From positions 1-64,000 of IMG/VR virus record IMGVR_UViG_3300017971_000013: 64,000 nt of DNA. One strand, 5' to 3'. The notes under the pieces were generated by a model. The model did not search any database. It was given only the letters and a program-made list of their open reading frames with translations, and was not told the origin of the DNA. Within the stretch, counting starts at the first letter, position 1, and every line of letters starts with the position of its first letter. The position numbers and the translations under genes are program-made. Shown in pieces: positions 56,357 through 64,000 of this stretch. The DNA comes from a virus.

Positions 56357-57072
56357 ACGTTATTGTAGAGAGACCTCATGTGGAAATAATAAGCCCACCA
56401 ATGATTTTTAAATATAATAAAATGATGGTGGAGATTTGCGCGAGAAACTGTTATAAATCAGAAGAAGGCAGACTCTTCAAACATTCAGATAGATTCTTAA
56501 AGAGCGTAATTCAGACAAGAGGACACGTTTCTGTAGCGGATCATGCGCACATTACTGTGCGTTTCTTTATTGATAGAGCTTGCTCTCACCAACTTGTTCG
56601 TCATAGAATTGCTGCGTATTCTCAAGAATCACAACGTTATTGTAACTACGGAAAGAATAACGCGTTGAGGGTTGTTGGCGAGCCAGACATATTCAATGAA
56701 GGCGATGATCTCAAACAACTTTGGATAGAAAAGAGAAGAGAAGACTACGAAGAGTACTTGTTGTATCTTAAAAGAGGGGTAAAGCCAGAGGCAGCGAGAA
56801 CTTGTTTACCTAACGCTACAAAAACAGAGATATGTTCTACTTTTGATTTGACTGAGTGGCGCCATATCTTTAAAATTCGAGCACTGAGTTCTGCTGCACA
56901 ATGGCAGATTCGAGCTGTGATGCAGAGGACTTTGATTTATTTTGATACTCTGTTACCAGCTTTTTTTAGCGATCAAATGAGACAGCTTAGAGAATCAAAA
57001 GACGGATTGGCTGTATTTGATAGGGCAGATCTGAAGAAATTTCCGTGGGAACAACATGGCATAGAATGGTAA
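56350..57072 (+). CDS. thyX: FAD-dependent thymidylate synthase
   Basis: ARNCY, GHVS..DH, HQLVRHR...SQESQRY, AQWQIR. Confidence 0.92.
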   Translation: MVDVIVERPHVEIISPPMIFKYNKMMVEICARNCYKSEEGRLFKHSDRFLKSVIQTRGHVSVADHAHITVRFFIDRACSHQLVRHRIAAYSQESQRYCNYGKNNALRVVGEPDIFNEGDDLKQLWIEKRREDYEEYLLYLKRGVKPEAARTCLPNATKTEICSTFDLTEWRHIFKIRALSSAAQWQIRAVMQRTLIYFDTLLPAFFSDQMRQLRESKDGLAVFDRADLKKFPWEQHGIEW

Positions 57073-57076
57073 GAAC

Positions 57077-57364
57077 ATGGTACAAACGTGCTCTAAACAC
57101 CAATTCACACATAATTGTGTGATTACTTTTGACGGTAATTTTGAGGCGTGTCCACTATGCAGCGCACTTGCTGAGGTGGAGGAATATAAACCTGTTTACG
57201 ACAGATTTAAAGACCTTTTTATTACTCAGACTAAGATGGACAAAGCTTTTACTATTATGGCAACTGCTATGGTAGATGCTTCTTCTGTTTTAGAGGCTGA
57301 GGTGGAGCGTGTAACCAATGACCTGGGAGTCCTTGTTAATGAAAGAAAAAATCAATCACCCTGA
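57077..57364 (+). CDS. Hypothetical protein
   Basis: Operon ORF. Confidence 0.5.
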   Translation: MVQTCSKHQFTHNCVITFDGNFEACPLCSALAEVEEYKPVYDRFKDLFITQTKMDKAFTIMATAMVDASSVLEAEVERVTNDLGVLVNERKNQSP

Positions 57365-57566
57365 CTACTATAACGCCGCTGCCTTGGAGACAATAGATGC
57401 TATTGAAGGTCTAGGGTGCGAACCTGGTTTTAGTATTGGGTCTGTAATTAAATACATAACAAGGTACCAACATAAAGGTTCGCCTCTTACAGATCTTAGA
57501 AAAGCCAAGTGGTATATTGACAGACTTATTCAATACGAAGAGAAGAAATTAGAAGACAAGCGTTAA
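57339..57566 (+). CDS. DUF3310 (T7 gp1.7-like) protein
   Basis: INHPDYY...ETIDAI...IKYITRY..K....DLRKAKWY. Confidence 0.85.
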   Translation: MKEKINHPDYYNAAALETIDAIEGLGCEPGFSIGSVIKYITRYQHKGSPLTDLRKAKWYIDRLIQYEEKKLEDKR

Positions 57567-57596
57567 CGTTGCCATTGTGCAACTTTAGGAGTTTTC

Positions 57597-57845
57597 ATGT
57601 CTAACTCTAGAGAAGAAGAAAAACTGCCGCCTGAATGTGCGGATGGTGTCCTAGATATCAAAGCGTATGATGCAGCTATCAATAACCCAGACAGGAAAGC
57701 TTATTGGAATCCAGAAGGCAAAAAAAGATGTACATGGTGTTTAAACGTTGTAGAGCAGCTGGCAGATGAGAGGTACTGCGAAACGTGCAGGCGTATGTAC
57801 ATTTTTAAACTCAAATCAGAATTCAAGGATACTTCAGAAGCATGA
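57597..57845 (+). CDS. Hypothetical Zn-finger protein
   Basis: AGGAG RBS; CTWC...CETC. Confidence 0.5.
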   Translation: MSNSREEEKLPPECADGVLDIKAYDAAINNPDRKAYWNPEGKKRCTWCLNVVEQLADERYCETCRRMYIFKLKSEFKDTSEA

Positions 57846-58165
57846 ACATTTATGCTTATTCTGTACCAGGCGCAACAATCTTTGTTTCCACCCTACAGAA
57901 AGCGAGGCTCAGGGCAGAGGAGGTGGCCACAAGAGGCGCTACGGCGGTCGTTCTTAAGTTTGATTTTCCATCTTTGAGCAAAGATCTTGTTGTTAAATTA
58001 TGTAATAGCGGTGTTGACGCTGTTCCTTTTGTGAAACTTGAGGAATGGAAACCTCTTTATTACAAATCTAATGACAAGATGGTTTTTGACTCTGTGGTTC
58101 GAAGAGACCTAGGTATACATAAAGCTAAAGAAGAATCGGAAGAAGAGGAGGAGGAAGAGGTATGA
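57842..58165 (+). CDS. Hypothetical protein
   Basis: Coupled ORF. Confidence 0.5.
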   Translation: MNIYAYSVPGATIFVSTLQKARLRAEEVATRGATAVVLKFDFPSLSKDLVVKLCNSGVDAVPFVKLEEWKPLYYKSNDKMVFDSVVRRDLGIHKAKEESEEEEEEEV

Positions 58166-58395
58166 AACTATTTTTGTTTTTGGTGACATTTTGCGCGTTG
58201 ATGTTTAGCGGTTGTCCAAATGACAACTGTGAGGTTGCCTCAACACGTTGTGAAGGGAATGTTGCTCAGGTTTGCAACGCTGATAAGAACTGGCAAGATT
58301 TTCTTAGTTGTGACGAAATGGAAGGCGATTGGGTTTGTGGTCAGGTTCCAGAAACTAAAGATTTCACGTGTTTGCAAGAGGAAGGTTCTGATTAA
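58162..58395 (+). CDS. Cys-rich lipoprotein
   Basis: Signal peptide with FSGC lipobox; C....TRCEGN....C....W.....C repeat. Confidence 0.65.
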   Translation: MKLFLFLVTFCALMFSGCPNDNCEVASTRCEGNVAQVCNADKNWQDFLSCDEMEGDWVCGQVPETKDFTCLQEEGSD

Positions 58396-58766
58396 TGCCT
58401 ACTATCAAATTCAAGACTTTTACATATGTTCCAGATCAATTGGAGGAAGAGGTCGGTCAAGATCAGTATTTTTCTGAACGATTACAGCAGGTTCTGAAGG
58501 ATGGTAATCGTTTGGTCACATTTAGCACACCAACTTACACAACAGGTGCGGTACGTTTCTCTGTTGTTTACTTGGAGCCTACAACTGAAGAGCTTGCGCA
58601 GGTTGAACAGCAGAAAGAGGCAATGGCGCAAGCACAGGCTGCCCAGGCAGAAGCATCAAAGCAGAATAATGTATCCAATGAACTCGCTATGGAGCTTTTA
58701 AGGTCTCAAAAGCGTGAAATTGAGATGCAAAGGTCAGAAATCGACAGGCTGAAAGGGAGTAGCTGA
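58395..58766 (+). CDS. Hypothetical protein
   Basis: Coupled ORF. Confidence 0.5.
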   Translation: MPTIKFKTFTYVPDQLEEEVGQDQYFSERLQQVLKDGNRLVTFSTPTYTTGAVRFSVVYLEPTTEELAQVEQQKEAMAQAQAAQAEASKQNNVSNELAMELLRSQKREIEMQRSEIDRLKGSS

Positions 58767-59365
58767 TGTTGCCGATCACATCTGAAGATGTAAAAAACTT
58801 CTGGGCCTATATGAGCAATCATTATGGTACAGATATTGTTACAAAAGACGATAGTTGGTTTATAGAGATCTTAGCTTTTGCCATGGATACTTTAGGTATT
58901 GTGGATAAAGAAAAATTCATGAATCATTTTACGACAACTATCGGTATGAACATCTATGTGCCTTTTGAAATTGGCACAATGGAAGAAGGTGCACCTTCTT
59001 TGTTGTCTCAGATGGCTACATGTGTTCATGAGCATATGCATGTTAAGCAACATTTAGTAGAACCGGCTTTGTTTGAATTGAAATATCTTTTTGATTCTGT
59101 ACACAGGGCTGCATACGAGGCCAAAGCATACGCTGCCAACATGGAAATGCACTGGTGGTATAACGGGAAGCTTTTAGACACAGAAAAGCTGGCGAATAAA
59201 CTCAAAGGCTATGCTGTTGATGAGGCGGATATTCAGGTAACAAAAAAGACCTTGGATATGCTTAGTGTTACTATTTCTAGAGGAGGTGTTGTTACTAAGC
59301 CTATGCGTGTGGCCATGAAATGGTTGAAGAAAAGATTTCCAGATCATGTGCCGGGGACACCATGA
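58766..59365 (+). CDS. HExxH metallopeptidase-like protein
   Basis: VHEHMHVKQ...YEAKAY. Confidence 0.6.
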   Translation: MLPITSEDVKNFWAYMSNHYGTDIVTKDDSWFIEILAFAMDTLGIVDKEKFMNHFTTTIGMNIYVPFEIGTMEEGAPSLLSQMATCVHEHMHVKQHLVEPALFELKYLFDSVHRAAYEAKAYAANMEMHWWYNGKLLDTEKLANKLKGYAVDEADIQVTKKTLDMLSVTISRGGVVTKPMRVAMKWLKKRFPDHVPGTP

Positions 59366-59796
59366 CAGAAATTATTTTTGAGATGTTAGAGAACTACCCA
59401 AGTGATTGTCCCATACCAAAATATGAATCAGATTGTGCCAGCGGCATGGACGTAAGAGCAGCAAACTCTTATTTATTGTGGCCAGGAAAAACAGCCCTGA
59501 TAAAAACAGGCTTGAAAGTAGAAATACCAAAAGGGTTTGAGTTACAGGTGCGTCCTAGGTCAGGTCTAGCTTTAAAACATGGAATAACGGTTTTAAACGC
59601 ACCAGGGACAATTGATCAAGATTACAGGGATGAGATTGGAGTTCTTCTTATTAACCACGGAGGGGACACTTTCACTATTGAGAGAGGAGACAGGATAGCT
59701 CAGCTTGTTTTATCTAGGGTAGAGAAAGCCATACCCAAGGTAGGTGTTGTGAAAGAAACTTCTAGAAAAGGCGGTTTCGGCAGCACTGGGGTGTAA
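59362..59796 (+). CDS. dut: dUTPase (trimeric)
   Basis: ASGMD, RPRSGLA, GTIDQDYR, DRIAQ, RKGGFGSTG. Confidence 0.95.
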   Translation: MTEIIFEMLENYPSDCPIPKYESDCASGMDVRAANSYLLWPGKTALIKTGLKVEIPKGFELQVRPRSGLALKHGITVLNAPGTIDQDYRDEIGVLLINHGGDTFTIERGDRIAQLVLSRVEKAIPKVGVVKETSRKGGFGSTGV

Positions 59797-59804
59797 GAGG
59801 ACTG

Positions 59805-59843
59805 AAGACCCCGCTTGCATTTTTGTAGGCGGGGTTTTCTTTT
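59805..59843 (+). terminator. Intrinsic terminator
   Basis: AAGACCCCGCTTGCA...TGTAGGCGGGGTTTT followed by a T-rich tail. Confidence 0.75.
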
Positions 59844-59864
59844 AACATTGCAAGGTGGCAACTT

Positions 59865-60299
59865 ATGGAAGTAACTATAGCTAAGAATTTTCATTTTGAA
59901 GCAGCTCATAGGCTAAAAGACCATTTTGGTAAATGTGAATTTATTCATGGTCATTCTTACAAATTAGAGCTTTTTCTTACTGGTTCTGTAGATCCAGACA
60001 CAGGTGTTGTGCTGGATTTTCTTTTGTTTGATAGGTTGTACTATCATAAATGTGAGGCATTGGCTATAGCTGATTTTGACCACGCCTTTATTATACAAGA
60101 AGAAGATCCTGTGAATGTAAAAATATATGCTCGTGTGATTGAGATTGGGTCTCCTCCTACTGTTGAGAATCTTGTGTTGATCTTCAAAAATATTATTGTC
60201 GATGCTTTGTCAAAAGATAAAGAATCTTATGGAAATATATGCGGCGGAAAGCTTATTTTATGGGAAACTGAAAGATCGCGCGCAGAGGTATCATTTTAA
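59865..60299 (+). CDS. queD: 6-carboxytetrahydropterin synthase
   Basis: FEAAHRL, C..IHGHSY, FDH, PTVENL, WET. Confidence 0.92.
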   Translation: MEVTIAKNFHFEAAHRLKDHFGKCEFIHGHSYKLELFLTGSVDPDTGVVLDFLLFDRLYYHKCEALAIADFDHAFIIQEEDPVNVKIYARVIEIGSPPTVENLVLIFKNIIVDALSKDKESYGNICGGKLILWETERSRAEVSF

Positions 60300-60315
60300 A
60301 GTAGGGGGGATTGCA

Positions 60316-60717
60316 ATGTCAGGTAAATTTTTGTATGATGCACTAGAAGCAGTGCTTAATAACACTGTATCAGGAGGAAATGCGCCCCATTTAGATCTTT
60401 TTTGGGCAACTTTTCCTCAGGTGCTTTTTATGCCTATAGATTCTTCACGCCAAACTTTTTCCCTCCTATCTACGGTAGCTCCAGCACCAGATGCGGATGT
60501 CCCGCAATTAGAAGAGACATTTATAGAGCAACCTGTCAAGACCCTCATGCTAGAGGACATTAAATTCCTTTACTTGAGGGCTTTGCATCTTCTGGTTGTG
60601 GATTCTTCTTTTCTTGAAAAATATAAAGATACAATGCGGATGCCTAAATTGCTTGAATTTATGGTGTCTTTGGGGTTGTTTAAGACAGGGAGGAGGCAAT
60701 GCCGGGTAAACAGGTGA
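60316..60717 (+). CDS. Hypothetical protein
   Basis: Operon ORF. Confidence 0.5.
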   Translation: MSGKFLYDALEAVLNNTVSGGNAPHLDLFWATFPQVLFMPIDSSRQTFSLLSTVAPAPDADVPQLEETFIEQPVKTLMLEDIKFLYLRALHLLVVDSSFLEKYKDTMRMPKLLEFMVSLGLFKTGRRQCRVNR

Positions 60718-60845
60718 AGAATTGGAAACAATACCATGCGTTGAGACGTAAAGGGCTTTCAAAAACATCTTCGGCGAAGATAGCTAACGCGCGCAGCCGT
60801 AGAAGAAAACATGGTGGAAGCTGCTCAAAAGCTAAACGGAGATAA
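60699..60845 (+). CDS. Small basic protein (absent from the ORF track)
   Basis: AGGAGG RBS; MPGKQVKNWKQYHALRRKGLSKTSSAKIANA... Confidence 0.6.
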   Translation: MPGKQVKNWKQYHALRRKGLSKTSSAKIANARSRRRKHGGSCSKAKRR

Positions 60846-60847
60846 TA

Positions 60848-61249
60848 ATGAGTATAACGCGTGATGCAAGCAATACTCTGTACTATGCTGCAAAAGCAAC
60901 TCGTGTGTTTGCTGATGAAACTGTGCCTGAAGCAATAGATGCTATCACTGGAGCTTTGGGCGTAGACACTAAGAACTGTTCTACTTACACTATTTCGGTG
61001 AGGGCGTGGCCACCTGCTGCAGGTATTACTTTCAATGTTATTTGTGTCGGTATGATGACCGGCAAAGATAGACTTGCAACGTATAAATTTTGGTCTCGTT
61101 GTAGAAATTCTTCTTTTTTGGGTATTGGTGACCCAACTTTTACTGAATCTTTGAATGTCGAGAATTTTGAACGTGTATATGCGGCGATTACAGGCATCAT
61201 TGGTCTTAATCCCGGAGAATATATAGTGAAGATTGAAAGAGCAATCTAA
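60848..61249 (+). CDS. Hypothetical (virion-associated?) protein
   Basis: Coupled ORF. Confidence 0.5.
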   Translation: MSITRDASNTLYYAAKATRVFADETVPEAIDAITGALGVDTKNCSTYTISVRAWPPAAGITFNVICVGMMTGKDRLATYKFWSRCRNSSFLGIGDPTFTESLNVENFERVYAAITGIIGLNPGEYIVKIERAI

Positions 61250-61261
61250 TAAGGGGATGCC

Positions 61262-63022
61262 ATGCCGTTAAGTACAAATAACATTTCTATTCCAGATGGA
61301 GGCGCTGGCGGACCTACTACTGCAAATTTAGTTACTTGCGACACTACAAACTTCAATAACAACCTCAGCGCGGCCGATGTCAATGTCCAGTTGGCCTTAG
61401 AGACTTTGGACGATATGGTGGCAGGCGGCGCGGTTGAGGTACAAGATGAAGGTGTTGTAGTCGTACCAGCAGCGCAGGTGATCAATTTTATTGGTGCCGA
61501 TGTGTTAGCTGTACAGAATGGCGGAAACCCGAATCAGGTTGACGTCTATATTCCTGCAATTACTTTTCAACCTTTCTATAATCAATCTAATCCGTCAGGT
61601 AATGCGGTAGTACCGAACATACCTACATCAAATAGAAACATAGCAGATCCAGCGCCTGCTAATAATTTTGATATAGGTTCATGGGTGCCAGGTTCCGTAC
61701 ACCCAGCTTCAAATGATGGCACTACAGGTTACGCACATGCAGATCCTTGTAGTTTCATTGATTTAACAACTACGGTTGAGGTTACTGTTTATGATGCAGA
61801 TGACGTAACTCCTCTGGCTAATTACATAACGCCTGCTATAACAGGCAATATTGTGCTTCCTTCAGGGGCAATAACGGTCACAATTTCTAACTGGGCACCT
61901 GATTCAACTCAATGGCAAGCAAATATTGATGTTGATTTAAATCTTCCTCTGTTAATAGCAAATGGAGGTAGATACTCTGTTGAAATTGTGCATCATAATG
62001 CAGGTACAGATTACACAAAAACACAAGGCCCGTTATTTTATGATGCAGAAGCGTTTGCTGCTGTGTTGGCAGGTGTAACGATAGCTGAGACTCCTGGTTT
62101 CGTAGTAACTAGGTTTATTTCAGGTGTTGAATATTATGACACGGGGTCAGATTTTACTATTGACATAGCTGACATTGATTACACCAACTCAGATTCTTAC
62201 ATAGCTGCGGATTTGATCGAATGTAATGGTGTTGAATACGGATTACCCACATTAACACCTGGAAGTGTTGATCTTACGGGCTGGGCAGGCGCGTGGGATG
62301 TCAATAACATGACTTACAATAATACGGTCTGGGAAATTACAGCCGTAAACTTCTTCACAGCTACAACTACCGCCAATGTATCTTCCAGAACTTTAGATTG
62401 GATAAATGGCGCGTGGGTAAATTCTGCAAACGCATCAATTCTTATTGATACGCATACAGATGTTTCTACTAGGTTGATTGAGCGTTTCTATGATGAGCAA
62501 TGGCGTTGCCCTGTAACAGGCAACTTTGATTTGCCAGGACAAAGATCGTGGGATTCTACCATAGATGTTTTGGCTACGGACGCTGTTTTTTACAACGGCG
62601 GATGCGAGAGAAATGTAACTGATTTTACTATCTATGATCCAAATGCAGCCTCACAGCCAGATTATTCAGGGGCTTTTATGGATCCTATCGTGTATCTCTA
62701 TAGAGAATTCATGCACGATGGGGCAGCTTCTTCTGGGTTCACATTAAATATAGCGGGCACCTATACGTCCCTAGAGATGAAACTGGCGGCCGCTTGGGAT
62801 GGAACACCTGGAGGGGGTACTGTTTGGGTAGATATGTTAGCGGCGTATAATGCTGCGCAATGGAATAATGGGAATCCATTAGCAGGTACTGGTAGCTGGA
62901 CAGGTGCCGCTCATTATACCTTCGGTTCGAATAACATTGTTAACACTGGAGACACACTCTACCTCCGTATAGGTTTTTCAGCTGGAGAAAGAATCACCGC
63001 TCTCAGTGTGACTTTTGATTAA
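61262..63022 (+). CDS. Putative virion structural protein
   Basis: Thr/Asn/Gly-rich, Lys-poor beta protein; NVQLALETLD and INFIG motifs seen in fibre proteins. Confidence 0.55.
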   Translation: MPLSTNNISIPDGGAGGPTTANLVTCDTTNFNNNLSAADVNVQLALETLDDMVAGGAVEVQDEGVVVVPAAQVINFIGADVLAVQNGGNPNQVDVYIPAITFQPFYNQSNPSGNAVVPNIPTSNRNIADPAPANNFDIGSWVPGSVHPASNDGTTGYAHADPCSFIDLTTTVEVTVYDADDVTPLANYITPAITGNIVLPSGAITVTISNWAPDSTQWQANIDVDLNLPLLIANGGRYSVEIVHHNAGTDYTKTQGPLFYDAEAFAAVLAGVTIAETPGFVVTRFISGVEYYDTGSDFTIDIADIDYTNSDSYIAADLIECNGVEYGLPTLTPGSVDLTGWAGAWDVNNMTYNNTVWEITAVNFFTATTTANVSSRTLDWINGAWVNSANASILIDTHTDVSTRLIERFYDEQWRCPVTGNFDLPGQRSWDSTIDVLATDAVFYNGGCERNVTDFTIYDPNAASQPDYSGAFMDPIVYLYREFMHDGAASSGFTLNIAGTYTSLEMKLAAAWDGTPGGGTVWVDMLAAYNAAQWNNGNPLAGTGSWTGAAHYTFGSNNIVNTGDTLYLRIGFSAGERITALSVTFD

Positions 63023-63061
63023 ACGTTGCCATGTGACAACTTTAAATATCTGGAGGCCATC

Positions 63062-63241
63062 ATGGCAGTATTTTCTGAACCTATAAGGTTTACGGGTAAT
63101 GTGGAAGATGGAACAGGGACCATAAGCTTAGCTGTAAATGATACAATGGTTACTGTGAAAAGCATGTCTAAAAGAGAGGTACAGCAGCTGTATGCTGAGC
63201 TAGACCTTTTCCTCAAGACTCAAGATGAGGAGGAGGAATAA
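63062..63241 (+). CDS. Hypothetical protein
   Basis: GGAGG RBS. Confidence 0.5.
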   Translation: MAVFSEPIRFTGNVEDGTGTISLAVNDTMVTVKSMSKREVQQLYAELDLFLKTQDEEEE

Positions 63242-64000
63242 TGCCTTTCTCTGACGAGGAAATTCGCGTAAAATCTGATAAACTTTCTTTGCAGATTTCA
63301 GGAGGCGCGGATCAGGCTCCAGGAAAAAAGTTCTGGTATAATGAGGAGCATCCTTGGTCTCCTATTGTTGTACCTGATAACATTTGGTCTGATTTTGCTA
63401 CAATACCTCCAGCTACAACGCCAGCTCAGGCAGATGCAAATGCTATAGCTAATCCCACTATTATTGAAAGGTTGGAAACCAGGTTAACTAACAATCCAAC
63501 TAGCAATAATAGGCAATATGAAGCTAGACAAACTTATGGTGATCGGACCAGTGATATTTATGTCAACTGGATCCAGCCTGCTCTCGTTAGAGATAGCGGT
63601 GCGCCCTCAAACGGATACATCATCCGACTGTATAATGGTGATCCCTCTGGAGGCGGTGTAGAGTTACCAACTACTTGGAATGGTGGTCCAGATGGTGCCC
63701 CCTCTTGGGAATGGAATTACTCTACTGGTGTTTTAAAGGTTTCTACTGATCAATCTGCAAACTATGGTGCTATAGATGCTGGCGCCGGTTTATGGGTTCA
63801 GGGTTTCAGATATATCGGGCCTACAGGAGGAGGTGCTTCCACTGTTGCAAGCACACCTAAAAGACTTGGCGCAATTGATATAGATGGCGCAGTTAACCTA
63901 GTAAATACAGATTATGTTTTGTACACTGTTCCAGCAGGGTCTTATGCATTATCTGCCTTTGTTGTTGTGTGTAACAGAAACGCGGCGTTGGCAACAACTG
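63241..64000 (+). CDS. Putative virion structural protein (3' partial)
   Basis: GGAGG RBS; MPFSDEEIRVKSDK... open to the window end. Confidence 0.6.
   Translation, partial: MPFSDEEIRVKSDKLSLQISGGADQAPGKKFWYNEEHPWSPIVVPDNIWSDFATIPPATTPAQADANAIANPTIIERLETRLTNNPTSNNRQYEARQTYGDRTSDIYVNWIQPALVRDSGAPSNGYIIRLYNGDPSGGGVELPTTWNGGPDGAPSWEWNYSTGVLKVSTDQSANYGAIDAGAGLWVQGFRYIGPTGGGASTVASTPKRLGAIDIDGAVNLVNTDYVLYTVPAGSYALSAFVVVCNRNAALATT

Larger units (their letters stand above)
413..63043. repeat. Dispersed 22-bp palindrome AACRTTGC-N6-GCAAYRTT (24 copies found)
   Basis: Starts at 413, 4757, 7709, 12659, 16900, 18667, 22186, 28388, 30391, 34136, 36662, 40561, 42267, 43963, 44617, 45674, 46351, 47861, 48297, 51322, 54387, 57565, 59844, 63022. 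Confidence 0.85.

Noticed and set aside
41027-58280. GTTGC-N8-GCAAC look-alikes (~41030, ~58261) and a shorter-spaced one (~43778)
   Set aside because: Wrong half-site spacing; not counted in the palindrome family
1-64000. Alternative genetic code
   Set aside because: Conserved genes are full length, and all three stop codons end genes normally

Overview
This 64 kb window is a segment of a large, roughly 40% GC (by eye) contractile-tailed dsDNA phage genome. Essentially every real gene is on the + strand. Layout: baseplate, tail spike and holin module (1-12.1 kb); replication and recombination module (12.4-31.8 kb: SF2 helicase, DnaC-like, DnaB-like, SNF2, primase, Zn-rich SSB-like, PolA, RecA, resolvases, ParB, Cas4-like nuclease, SpoVS-like); queE-folE; a ~1.1 kb non-coding RNA-rich block (33.1-34.2 kb); small early-type genes with tRNA-Leu(UAA); a DpdA/TGT-like fusion gene; a repeat-rich non-coding region that may be an origin or genome terminus (45-48 kb); many small Zn-finger genes, GH25 endolysin, thyX, dut and queD; and the start of another structural module. 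The strongest unexplained signal is a 22-bp palindrome, AACRTTGC-N6-GCAAYRTT, found by eye 24 times at roughly 1-6 kb intervals across the whole window, both inside genes and at promoters. One copy sits on the promoter of a ParB-family gene that has no ParA partner in this window. This suggests a ParB/dispersed-parS genome-organising or global-repression system. Other notable items: a ~460-nt structured ncRNA followed by a tRNA-like mini-element; several more tRNA-like mini-elements; two sigma54 promoters, one with IHF and enhancer-like sites; a 7-deazaguanine DNA-modification pathway with no QueC in the window; and a shared basic peptide tag on many proteins alongside a highly acidic multi-HeH protein. 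All calls come from motif reading, not database searches.
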